From: Candidatus Hydrogenedentota bacterium
GTDB lineage: Bacteria; Hydrogenedentota; Hydrogenedentia; Hydrogenedentales; SLHB01
Length of the DNA stretch: 64,000 nucleotides
Direction: 5' to 3'
NCBI GenBank assembly: GCA_963674865.2
Contig: CAXXYE010000003.1
Coordinates: 26,373-90,372, forward strand
Shown: positions 26,099 to 34,992 of the stretch, in pieces
How the letters are laid out: the number at the start of each line of letters is the position of its first letter
Position numbering within the stretch: position 1 is the first letter of the stretch
The notes under the pieces: generated by a model
What the model was told of the DNA's origin: nothing
The model's database searches: none
Seen by the model: the letters and a program-made list of their open reading frames with translations, nothing else
Translations under genes and position numbers: made by a program

Positions 26099-28318
26099 AT
26101 GGGTGAGGCGAGAAGCGACAAAAAGAAATTCTCTGAAGCCAGTCGACTCTATGCGCAGGGAGAGTATCAGCAGGCACTCATGCTCCTTGAAGAGCTGCGC
26201 GCCGCCTATCCCGGCACGCAGAACATCATGTTTCCCATTGCTCTATGTCTACGAAAGCTCGGCAAGCATCAAGAAGCTGTCCGGCTCTGTAAAGAGCTCG
26301 TCGAGAAGTTTCAGCATTCCAAGGCCAAAGAGCTCAAGCAAGAGATCCTCGCTAACCTCCGCCAACAGCGGAAAACCGCGCCACTCCAAACGGGCTCGCT
26401 CAAGAAGACCCCGAGCAAGCAAGCACGTCACGCAAAGAACGGCAATGAGCCGCGTGATAATGTGCGGCGGCGCGGCGTATTCAAGCTGAAGAGAGAAGAA
26501 CTCATGACGCTTGCAGAGAACGACCCCGATGAAGCAGTGCGGGAGGCTGCGGCGCGGCGTCTGGAGGAGGCATATCCCAAATGGCAGCACCCAAATCCCG
26601 AAGTGCGGCTACAGGCTATTGCCGAACTATGCGACGAAAAGATCCTATCGAACCTCGCACAGGGACACGCTGACGAAGCTGTACGCGAAGCCGCCTCGCA
26701 GCGCCGGGATCAGGTGCGCCAGGAGAATCGGTTGCTCAGCTCGTTTCAAACGTTCAACACATGGAAGCATGAACTCACTTCTGACGAGATCATGTTTGGA
26801 CTCGTGAGGTCCGTGTGTTTGAGCTCTGATGGGCGACTTGTGCTAGCAGCAGGTACGGAAACAGTGAAAGTGTGGAGTGCAGAGACCGGTTCCTTACTCC
26901 GTACGTACGAAGGCCACGCCGGAGAGTCATGCTGTCAGTTGCACTCCGTCAATATCAGCGAGGACGGGCAATGGGTTCTGTCTGGAAGCGCTGGCAGTGT
27001 GCAGCTATGGAACGTCGAAACGGGTGAGTGCACATATACATTCCGCGGCCCCACACCACTGGCAATCGAATCAAGTCACCTGAGCGCGAATGCACAATGG
27101 GCCTTGTCCGGAGGCGTGGATAAGACAGTGAGGATCTGGGAGCCCAAGCACGGTGGACGTAGAAGTACTCTTAAGGGCCACACTGACGGGGTTAACGCCG
27201 TCTGCCTGAGCGCGGATTCCAGATGGGCTCTATCCGGAAGCCTGGACAAGACCGTGCGCCTATGGAATGTGGAGAGCGGCGAGTGCACCCGCATCTTAGA
27301 GGGCTCCACCGGCGGGGTCAGGGCCGTGTGCCTGAGCGCGGACGGACGCCGTGCCCTCTCGGGAGGCGGTGACAGCACCGTGCGGCTCTGGGACCTGGAG
27401 GCGGGCATCCGCATACACACTCTAATAGGCCATACGGGCGACGTGACCAGCGTTTCGATGAGCGCGGACGGACGATGGGCCCTGTCCGGCAGCTCTGAAA
27501 GTAGCGTCCGACTTTGGGATTTGGAGGCCGGCAAGTGTATGCGCACTTTTGAGGAACGTGATTTCAGCGCATACTCCGTTTTCCTCAGCGCAGATGCGCG
27601 GTGGGGAGTGTCCGGTGGCTATGGCGACACCGTGAACCTGTTGAGGCTCGCGCCCCTTACTCTGGGAGAACCGCCACTATCGGAGATTCTCGCCTCTCAC
27701 CCGGGCGCACTCGATGTCGCGAGAGACGCAGAGCCGACTTTGGGGGCGCTCTCTGAACCGCCGAAGAAATCAGCCGAACTTAAGTTCTACGGGCGGTGCT
27801 CTCATAGGGCAGGAGTATGTCCGAAGTGCTGTTTGCACTGCGCCGTTGAGGCCGGCAGTATCAGCGACGTGAGAAGTCTGCTTGCGGCCAACGCAGATCC
27901 CAACCTGCTCTGGGTAGACGGGGGCCCACTGCACTACATATGGCATGGACCGGAATATGGCCCTGACACTCTTGACAGTCTCTTGAGGATCCTCATCGAA
28001 GCCGGTGCGGACATAGAGCAACGCAATTATTACGAGCAGACGCCATTACACCTCGCTGTCGTCAATGGCCGGCTTCCAGTGATCGAGAGACTGCTTGCGA
28101 TGGGGGCTTCCAGAAAGACCACCGACCTTGATGGGAATAATCTGCTCCATTCTGCAGTTCTGTCCGATATCCCCAGATGTCAGCAGAATCGCAGACAGAT
28201 CATCAGTGCTCTCATTGAGTCCGGCGTGAGCACATTGGACTGCAACGCTCGCGGTGAGACTCCGAAGGAACTCGCTAAGTCGAAAGGACGCTCAGGGTCG
28301 GTTGTCAGGATGCTGTGA
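26099..28318 (+). CDS. TPR / HEAT-like / WD40 (about 7 blades) / ankyrin-repeat protein
   Basis: N-terminal TPR-like helices. PBS-lyase HEAT-like repeats (DPDEAVREAAARRL, HADEAVREAASQR). WD40 blades (LSGSLDKTVRLWNVESGEC, LSGGGDSTVRLWDLEAG, LSGSSESSVRLWDLEAGKC). C-terminal ANK repeats (TPLHLAVVNGRLPVIERLLAMGA). GC is clearly lower than in the neighbours. Confidence 0.8.
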   Translation: MGEARSDKKKFSEASRLYAQGEYQQALMLLEELRAAYPGTQNIMFPIALCLRKLGKHQEAVRLCKELVEKFQHSKAKELKQEILANLRQQRKTAPLQTGSLKKTPSKQARHAKNGNEPRDNVRRRGVFKLKREELMTLAENDPDEAVREAAARRLEEAYPKWQHPNPEVRLQAIAELCDEKILSNLAQGHADEAVREAASQRRDQVRQENRLLSSFQTFNTWKHELTSDEIMFGLVRSVCLSSDGRLVLAAGTETVKVWSAETGSLLRTYEGHAGESCCQLHSVNISEDGQWVLSGSAGSVQLWNVETGECTYTFRGPTPLAIESSHLSANAQWALSGGVDKTVRIWEPKHGGRRSTLKGHTDGVNAVCLSADSRWALSGSLDKTVRLWNVESGECTRILEGSTGGVRAVCLSADGRRALSGGGDSTVRLWDLEAGIRIHTLIGHTGDVTSVSMSADGRWALSGSSESSVRLWDLEAGKCMRTFEERDFSAYSVFLSADARWGVSGGYGDTVNLLRLAPLTLGEPPLSEILASHPGALDVARDAEPTLGALSEPPKKSAELKFYGRCSHRAGVCPKCCLHCAVEAGSISDVRSLLAANADPNLLWVDGGPLHYIWHGPEYGPDTLDSLLRILIEAGADIEQRNYYEQTPLHLAVVNGRLPVIERLLAMGASRKTTDLDGNNLLHSAVLSDIPRCQQNRRQIISALIESGVSTLDCNARGETPKELAKSKGRSGSVVRML

Positions 28319-28449
28319 GCGTGGCCCATCGGTAGTGTGATGAGCGTCAATCCGCTGGATGGAGGCGGGTGATAAAGGGGGCAGCAAGCCGTTATTTCCC
28401 AACGCCGCGAAATGCCACATCCAATTCCGGGCAGTCGGTGCAGCCGTAC

Positions 28450-29691
28450 TCACGCGTGTTGCCGGTATACCTCGAGGGCGGCGGGGAAGGGTTCGAGGGC
28501 GCGTTCGAAGATGCCGAGGCTGTAGGCGATCACCAAGCCGTAATTCGAGATGGGCACGCCGGCTTGGCGGCAGCGCAGGATGCGGCTGAGCATTTCCCGC
28601 CGGTTGGATGTGCACGCGCCGCAGTGGATCACGAGTTTGTAGGGCGACAGATCCTCCGGGAAGTCGTGGCCCTGCACGTGCTCGAATTCGAGCTTGCCGC
28701 CGACGTATTGCGTGAGCCAGCGGGGGATTTTTACGCGGCCGATGTCGTCGGCGATGGGATGGTGGCTGCAATGCTCCGCGACGAGGACGCGGTCGCCCGT
28801 CTTGAGCTTGTCCACCGCGACCGTGCCCTCGACCTGGGCGGTGAGGTCGCCCCGGAAGCGGGCGAAGAGGATGCTGAAGCTCGTCATGGGGATGTTGGGC
28901 GGCGTGTCGGCGGCCACCTTCAGGAAGGCTTGCGAATCGGTGACGACGAGCTTCGGGGGAACCTTCAGGCGCTCCAGGGCGGCGCGAAGCTCGCGCTCCT
29001 TCACCACCATGCAGAAGGCGTCGCTGTCGAGCAAGTCACGTATGGACTGCACCTGCGGCATGATCAGGCGTCCTTTCGGCGCTTCCTTGTCGATGGGGAC
29101 GACGAGCACGGCCATCTCGCCCGCCCCGACGAGGTCGCCGAGGATGGCGGGGTGGGTGACGAACTCCTCCGGCGCGGCTTCGAGCAGGGCCTGGCGGAAG
29201 TCCAGTATGCCGCGCCCGCTGGGGGCGTTGGTGCGAACCATGCGGACGTTGAGGCCCGTCAGGCGCTCGACGATGCCGGGATTGGGCTCCTGGAGGTCGA
29301 TCTTGTTGAAGACGACGACAATGGGGACATTGCGCGCGGCGAGTTCCTCGAGAATGCCGTCTTCGAAGGGCCCCCAGTGGCCGGCCTCGACGACGATAAC
29401 GCCCAGGTCGGTGCGCTCGAAGACTTGACGCGTGCGATCGACGCGGAGTTCCCCGAGGGCCCCGATGTCATCGATGCCGGCGGTGTCGATGAAGAGCACC
29501 GGGCCGAGCGGCAGGAGTTCCATGGGCTTCTCGACGGGGTCGGTGGTGGTGCCGGCCTGATCGGACACGATCGAGACCTGCTGGCGCGTGATGGCGTTCA
29601 GCAGGCTCGATTTGCCGACGTTCCGGCGTCCGAAGAGGCCGATGTGAAGACGAAAACTCTTGGGGGCCTTCTGCACGATGTCATTCCTCAC
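28450..29691 (-). CDS. hydF: [FeFe]-hydrogenase maturation GTPase HydF
   Basis: P-loop GRRNVGKSSLLNA, DTAGIDD, NKIDL, and the C-terminal cluster motif EHCSHHP ... VIHCGACT. Confidence 0.88.
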   Translation of the reverse strand: MRNDIVQKAPKSFRLHIGLFGRRNVGKSSLLNAITRQQVSIVSDQAGTTTDPVEKPMELLPLGPVLFIDTAGIDDIGALGELRVDRTRQVFERTDLGVIVVEAGHWGPFEDGILEELAARNVPIVVVFNKIDLQEPNPGIVERLTGLNVRMVRTNAPSGRGILDFRQALLEAAPEEFVTHPAILGDLVGAGEMAVLVVPIDKEAPKGRLIMPQVQSIRDLLDSDAFCMVVKERELRAALERLKVPPKLVVTDSQAFLKVAADTPPNIPMTSFSILFARFRGDLTAQVEGTVAVDKLKTGDRVLVAEHCSHHPIADDIGRVKIPRWLTQYVGGKLEFEHVQGHDFPEDLSPYKLVIHCGACTSNRREMLSRILRCRQAGVPISNYGLVIAYSLGIFERALEPFPAALEVYRQHA

Positions 29692-29784
29692 TCGTGACTA
29701 AGCCGCCAGCGCTGCTGGTGGGAATCGACACGGCTTTGCCGTGCCGGCGTTTCTTTCTGACGGGATAACGGGATGTGCCCAAAT

Positions 29785-30036
29785 CCGGAGGCTCGAAGCC
29801 CGCGCCGCAATATGCAGGCTGGAAGCCTGCGCCACAATACGCAAGCCGGAAAACCGCTCCACAATCCGGAGGCTGGAAGCCTGTGCCACAATAGGGCCCT
29901 TCTCTGGACTTTGGCGAGCGCGCCGGAGATTGTAGCGCAGGCATCTTGCCTGCCGGAGATTGTGGTGCAGGCATCCTGCCTGCCTTCGGCGCGCGTGCTT
30001 GGGATGCAGGACCACGCCCACCTGCGGATTCTGGGA
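29785..30036. repeat. Dispersed hairpin-repeat family R1, copy b (internally tandem)
   Basis: 3-4 units of GGAGGCTSGAAGCCYGYGCCRCAAT (hairpin GCAGGCT-gga-AGCCTGC). 2 units of CCGGAGATTGTRGYGCAGGCATCYTGCCTGC (hairpin GCAGGCA-tcc-TGCCTGC). Then GGCGCGCGTGCTTGGGATGCAGGACCACGC...GCGGATTCTGGGA. Confidence 0.85.
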
Positions 30037-30139
30037 TGTGCAACACACGTTGATCTTACGATTCCCTTGCTTGGCTTGTGCGGAGAAGGGCCAATTCTGT
30101 GAATCTTGTACATCCTGTCCAAAAAGCTCTTCGGCCCGC

Positions 30140-31570
30140 TCAATCGGCGGGCGGCACGGGCGGCGTGCCCAGCCGGCAGACGGCCTCGGGACTGATGCGT
30201 TCGTCGAATTGCTCCTCCGTGAGCCATCCTTCGGCCAACACGACCTCCCGGATGGTTTGCCCTGTCCGTTGGGCGGTTTGGGCCACGGCACAGGCCCGCT
30301 CATAGCCTAAGGCGGGCAGCAGCGCCGTGACGGTAGCAGTCGAACCGTCCACATGGGCGCGGCACCGGGCCTCGTCGGCCTCGATGCCCTCGACGCAATG
30401 GACGCGAAGTACATCGCACGCCCGGGCGAGCAGGGCGCAACTGTCGAGCAGGCACGCGGCCACCAGCGGCAGGAACGCGTTGAGTTCAAGATTGCCCGCG
30501 GCGCACGCGGCGGCGATGGTGGCGTCATGGCCCATGACAAGCATGGCCACTTGGCTGACGGCCTCCGGGATCACCGGATTCACCTTCCCCGGCATGATGG
30601 AGGAGCCGGCCTGTTTAGCCGGCAGGCGGATTTCGCCGAGCCCCGCCTCGGGCCCCGAGGAAAGCAGCCGCAGATCCGTGCACACCTTGAGCAGCGACGC
30701 GGCGCAGGCCTTGAGAATGCCGGATACTTCAACGAAGACATCCGCGTTCTGCGTGGCCTCGACGAGATTCTCCGCGCGGGCGAAGCCGATGCCGGTGAGT
30801 TCGCGGAGGGATTCCACCACACGGAAGATGTATTGCCGGGGGGCGGCGAGGCCGGTGCCAATGGCCGTGCCGCCGAGATTGACGACGCGCAGCCGCTCTT
30901 CGCACTTGTAGACGCGCCAGCGATCGCGCGAGAACGCTTCGGCGTAGGCGCCCATCTCGCGTCCGAGCGTGGTGAGCACGGCGTCCTGGAGTTGCGTGCG
31001 GCCGACCTTGACGACGTGGGCGAATTCCTTCTCCTTGGCCTGAAAGGCCTCCTGCAAGGATACGAGGCGCTCTTCGAGCACGTGCAGGAGGCGGATGGCG
31101 GCCAGTTTCAGGGCCGTCGGGAACGTGTCATTCGTCGATTGGTGGCGGTTGACGTCGTCGAGAGGCGAAACACGCTCATACCGGCCGTGCGGTTCCCCGA
31201 GTAGTTCGAGGGCGCGGTTGGCCAGCACCTCGTTGACGTTCATGTTGGTGCTCGTGCCGGCGCCGCCTTGGAGCCTGTCCACGACGACGTGCTCGGTGAG
31301 TCGCCCTTCGGCCATCTCGGCACACGCCCGCACGATGGCGTCGGCCTTGGCGTCGTCGTCTCGCCAGACGCCGAGGGCCTGGTTGGTGAGGGCGCACGCC
31401 TGCTTCACGACGCCATAGGCCGCGACGAGTTCAGGATGCACGGGCCCGGCGCCGAGTGGGAAGTTCTCGAGTGCGCGCGCCGTATGGACGCCGTACATCG
31501 CGTCCTCGGGCACCGGCTTCTCGCCCAGCAGGTCGTGCTCAGTGCGATGGGGCTGGGACATGTAAGGCAA
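30140..31570 (-). CDS. aspA: Aspartate ammonia-lyase (aspartase/fumarase superfamily)
   Basis: GSSIMPGKVNPVIPE signature, TNMNVNEV and HQSTNDTFPTA motifs. 476 aa. Confidence 0.85.
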   Translation of the reverse strand: MPYMSQPHRTEHDLLGEKPVPEDAMYGVHTARALENFPLGAGPVHPELVAAYGVVKQACALTNQALGVWRDDDAKADAIVRACAEMAEGRLTEHVVVDRLQGGAGTSTNMNVNEVLANRALELLGEPHGRYERVSPLDDVNRHQSTNDTFPTALKLAAIRLLHVLEERLVSLQEAFQAKEKEFAHVVKVGRTQLQDAVLTTLGREMGAYAEAFSRDRWRVYKCEERLRVVNLGGTAIGTGLAAPRQYIFRVVESLRELTGIGFARAENLVEATQNADVFVEVSGILKACAASLLKVCTDLRLLSSGPEAGLGEIRLPAKQAGSSIMPGKVNPVIPEAVSQVAMLVMGHDATIAAACAAGNLELNAFLPLVAACLLDSCALLARACDVLRVHCVEGIEADEARCRAHVDGSTATVTALLPALGYERACAVAQTAQRTGQTIREVVLAEGWLTEEQFDERISPEAVCRLGTPPVPPAD

Positions 31571-31575
31571 TCCGA

Positions 31576-31836
31576 CTACGGGTGGTCAAAGACCATTTTC
31601 TGGACTTCGACGCCCTCGATGGCGGTAAGGTCTTTGGCCAGGGCGTCGCAGGCCGCATCATCATCGACGATCTCCAGGATGATCAAGCCGTTGGGCGAGC
31701 AGACATTGCTGCTGGTTTCATGGAGTCCGAGGCGGGTGCGGATGACGTCGCCATGCTGGGTGAAGGCATCCTGCACTGAGCCGGCGCGTTTGACGCGATC
31801 CGTGATGTGTACACCGAGAACGTAGTGTTTGTCCAT
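31576..31836 (-). CDS. TM1266-like small ACT/NikR-C-like protein (putative iron-only hydrogenase system regulator)
   Basis: 86 aa. YVLGVHITDRVKRAGSVQDAFTQHGDVIRTRLGLHE ... GLIILEI. It sits between hydG and aspA, as family members typically do beside hydE/F/G. Confidence 0.6.
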   Translation of the reverse strand: MDKHYVLGVHITDRVKRAGSVQDAFTQHGDVIRTRLGLHETSSNVCSPNGLIILEIVDDDAACDALAKDLTAIEGVEVQKMVFDHP

Positions 31837-31920
31837 GTGCCTATCTCCTTACGCTACAGGTTTCTACTGGTGTGCGTCATCCTGATGGGCCATTATCAGA
31901 GAAGGACGCGCAAGCGTAGC

Positions 31921-31986
31921 AAAAAAAGGACTGACGCATGCGAGTCCGCCAAAGGCGGACGAGACGTGTCTGTCCCTTTTCTTGCG
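31921..31986. repeat. Dispersed repeat family R2, copy b
   Basis: AAAAAAAGGACTGACGCATGCGA-GTCCGCC-aaa-GGCGGAC-GAGACGTGTCTGTCCCTTTTCTTGCG, located between the TM1266-like gene and hydG. Confidence 0.8.
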
Positions 31987-32028
31987 AAACGAGTTCTGCA
32001 TAATGGCCATTAACTCCAAAGCGCCCCC

Positions 32029-33441
32029 CTAGCAGAAGATGTCCCGCTGGCCTTCGCGAACTCGCTCGAGCAGCTTGCGGGATGTCTCCCGCGGCTTCGC
32101 CTCCATACGGCGGAGCGTCTCCTCGATCAGCCGCTCTCCAACAACTTGCGTCTCCGGGCTGCCGTAGTCGAGCAGGTACTCCTGGAAAGTGGACAGGGCG
32201 TTCGGGTCGCAGTGTTCCTTGATTTTCCCCGGCTTGGCCAAGTCCATGAAGTCCATGCCCGTGCGGCCAAGGCGGTAGCATGCCGTGCAGAACGAGGGAA
32301 TGTAGCCGAGCGAGGCCACGTCTCGGATGACCTCATCGAGAGGCCGGTGGTCGCCAAGTTGGAACTGGCTGCTGTCCTCGACGTCTTCCGCGTAGCCGCC
32401 GGGATTAGTGCGGCTGCCCGCGGAGATCTGGGATACGCCGAGGGCGAAGGTTTCGCGCCGGATGTTGGGCGTTTCGCGCGTGGACATAATGATGCCCGTG
32501 TAAGGTACCGTCAGCCGCAGAATGGCTACGATTTTCCGAAAGTCGATGTCGGAGACGGGCATGGGTGGCTGGCTGGCCAACTGGGCGCCCACCGCAGGTT
32601 CAAGCCGCGGCACGCTGATGGTGTGCGGCCCCACGCCGAAGAGCTTCTCGAGATGGCGGATGTGCTGCATCATGGCGAGGATCTCAAACCGCCAGTCAGC
32701 CAATCCAAACAGCACTCCGATGCCTACGTCGTCAATGCCGGCTTCCATAGCGCGATCCATGGCGGTAACACGCCAGTCGTAATCGGCCTTTTTCCCCGCA
32801 ACGTGGACGCGCTCATAGGTTTCCCGGTGATACGTCTCCTGGAAGAGCTGGTAGGTGCCGATTTCCGCCGCCTTGAGCTGCCGGAATTCCTCGACGCTCA
32901 ACGGCGCGACGTTCACATTGACGCGCCGGATTTCCCCGTGCCCCTTCTTGGTGCCATAGATCGTGCCAACGGTCTTCAGGACGTAGTTGAAGCCCTCTTG
33001 GGGATAGGACTCACCCGCCACGAGCAGGATGCGCTTGTGCCCTTGCTCGATGAGGATGGTGACCTCCCGGGCGATCTCCTCCTGAGTCAGCGCGCGTCGC
33101 TGCACTTCCTTGTTGCGGGCGCGGAAGGCGCAGTAGAGGCACTCGTTGGCGCAGAGATTGGAAATGTATAGAGGCGCGAACAACACGAGGCGCTGCCCGT
33201 AGATCGTCTCCTTTACGTACCGCGCCGCATCAAAGAGTTCGCTGAGGAGTTCGGGATCGCTGATGCCCGTCAGGACGGCCGTCTCCTCCATATCGAGTCC
33301 CTTGAGTTCGCGTGATTTCGCGAGTACCTCGCGAACGCGCGCGGCATCGCGCACGTTTCCGGCTTCGAGGGCTTGGTTGACGCCGGGTTCGTCGATAGGC
33401 ACCGTGCCGTATTCGGATGTCTTCCCGATAGTGGTAGTCAT
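32029..33441 (-). CDS. hydG: [FeFe]-hydrogenase maturase HydG (radical SAM tyrosine lyase, ThiH-like)
   Basis: ISNLCANECLYCAFRARN radical-SAM motif and C-terminal cluster region SFCTACYRLGRTGMDFMDLAKPGKIKEHCDPNA. 470 aa. Its start overlaps the stop of the upstream kinase gene (ATGA). Confidence 0.88.
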   Translation of the reverse strand: MTTTIGKTSEYGTVPIDEPGVNQALEAGNVRDAARVREVLAKSRELKGLDMEETAVLTGISDPELLSELFDAARYVKETIYGQRLVLFAPLYISNLCANECLYCAFRARNKEVQRRALTQEEIAREVTILIEQGHKRILLVAGESYPQEGFNYVLKTVGTIYGTKKGHGEIRRVNVNVAPLSVEEFRQLKAAEIGTYQLFQETYHRETYERVHVAGKKADYDWRVTAMDRAMEAGIDDVGIGVLFGLADWRFEILAMMQHIRHLEKLFGVGPHTISVPRLEPAVGAQLASQPPMPVSDIDFRKIVAILRLTVPYTGIIMSTRETPNIRRETFALGVSQISAGSRTNPGGYAEDVEDSSQFQLGDHRPLDEVIRDVASLGYIPSFCTACYRLGRTGMDFMDLAKPGKIKEHCDPNALSTFQEYLLDYGSPETQVVGERLIEETLRRMEAKPRETSRKLLERVREGQRDIFC

Positions 33442-34769
33442 GAGGCACCTTCCTGAATCAAAGTATCGCCGGACGGGGCCAGCGGTTGGGGGATTTCAAA
33501 CCAGAACTCGGCCCACTGCCCGGGCTCGGAGCGCGCGTCTATCATACCATGATGGAGCCGAATGATGCGCCAACAGGTGTACAATCCCACGCCTGTGCCT
33601 TTCTCCTTCAGGAGCTCGGGCGTTGTGAGTCTGGAGAACTTCCGAAATAGCTTGGAGCGTTCGCTGGGAGGGAACCCCGGCCCTTCATTGCGCACGCTTA
33701 CCTTCAGCGCGGTATCGCTCCGCGATACCGCGAGTTGGACAAGGCCGCCGTGTTTCCCGTACTTGACGGCATTGCCGAGCAGATTGACGGCGACGATCTT
33801 TAGCAAGCGCGGATCGCACTCGACGGGCGGCAGGTTCTCCGCGATATCGCGTTCGAGCCGCATCTCCTTCTCCTGGAGGGCCGGCTCGATCACCTCAACA
33901 GCCGGTTCAAGGACTGTCTTGACAAGGTCGACGTTCTTTTCCGGCGACGCCTCCAGTTGGCCTCCCTCGATCTGGGCCAGATTGAGGTAGTCCCGGGCCA
34001 GATCCAGCACGAATTGGGCCTTACGAATCATGCGTTCGACCACGGCATGATGCTCCGGCGCCATGGGCCCGAAGTAGTCCTCGGTGAGGGCGTAGCCATC
34101 CGTCATGATAGAAGCGAGCGGATTCTTGAGCTCGTGGCTCACGAAACCGAGCATCTCGAAATAGGCCTTGTTTGCGGCGGCAAGCTGTTCGATGCGATAG
34201 GCCTTCTCGACGGCCTGGCTCAAGCGCTCCGCCACGTCAAGATGCATCCGTACCTGGTGCTCGTTGTAGGTTTTGGCTTGCCGGGAACTCCTGAACATGA
34301 CGCCAACGATGCGGCCGTCCACGCGCAGGGGGCAGGTCATGCTGGAGCGGACTCCCTCACGTACCAGGAGCTTTGTCGAGGCGCTGTCCGGATGATCGGC
34401 GAGATAGGTTTCCAGGTCGTTGATGATGCGGACGGTCCCTTGCTCCAACAGCGCCTTGAGCGAGCCGCGACGCAATTCTTCGGAGTAGCCCTTCGCGAGG
34501 ACAAGCGGCTCGTAGAGGGCGCGCGCCCAATGCGCCGTGATCCGGACCCCCTCGTCTTCGAGAAAGGCAAGTCCGATCCGATCACACGGGCATATATCGC
34601 GCGTCGACGCGAACAGAAAGTCCATGATCTCCTCGAGGGACTCCGCTCCGGCGATCCGTTGATTGATGGCGTCCAGGACGTCTCGTTCACGGGCCGCCAG
34701 CGGCGCCTCGGAAAGGCCGGGCTCCGTTGGATCGATGTAGCGCAGGTTGCCGTTGTCGGACGTAATCAT
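33438..34769 (-). CDS. GAF-domain sensor histidine kinase (cytoplasmic)
   Basis: GAF-like N-terminal half. H-box FVSHELKNPLASI. HATPase_c (NLLGNAVKYGKHGG, NEGPGF, GTGVGLYTCWRII). Confidence 0.8.
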   Translation of the reverse strand: MITSDNGNLRYIDPTEPGLSEAPLAARERDVLDAINQRIAGAESLEEIMDFLFASTRDICPCDRIGLAFLEDEGVRITAHWARALYEPLVLAKGYSEELRRGSLKALLEQGTVRIINDLETYLADHPDSASTKLLVREGVRSSMTCPLRVDGRIVGVMFRSSRQAKTYNEHQVRMHLDVAERLSQAVEKAYRIEQLAAANKAYFEMLGFVSHELKNPLASIMTDGYALTEDYFGPMAPEHHAVVERMIRKAQFVLDLARDYLNLAQIEGGQLEASPEKNVDLVKTVLEPAVEVIEPALQEKEMRLERDIAENLPPVECDPRLLKIVAVNLLGNAVKYGKHGGLVQLAVSRSDTALKVSVRNEGPGFPPSERSKLFRKFSRLTTPELLKEKGTGVGLYTCWRIIRLHHGMIDARSEPGQWAEFWFEIPQPLAPSGDTLIQEGAS

Positions 34770-34927
34770 GTCTTTCCTAACACGATGCCGGGGCTAGCGG
34801 CGTTCTCCATGCGGACTCTCTGAGCCGAGATTCGGCGTGCCCACGAACATAGGCGGGATGACTGCCGCATACCACACAACTTCCCTTGTTATAACAAAGC
34901 GCCTCGTCAGGCCATTCCACAAAGACG

Positions 34928-34964
34928 AAGATGCCGGACGAGCATATCACCCGTCCGGCATCTT
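34928..34964 (-). terminator. Strong hairpin downstream of hydA
   Basis: AAGATGCCGGACG-11 nt loop-CGTCCGGCATCTT is a perfect 13-bp stem ~30 nt after the hydA stop. On the minus strand it is followed by CGTCTTTGTGG (short U tract). Confidence 0.55.
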
Positions 34965-34992
34965 GGCGTAATAGGTTCTTTCGACTACGCCG

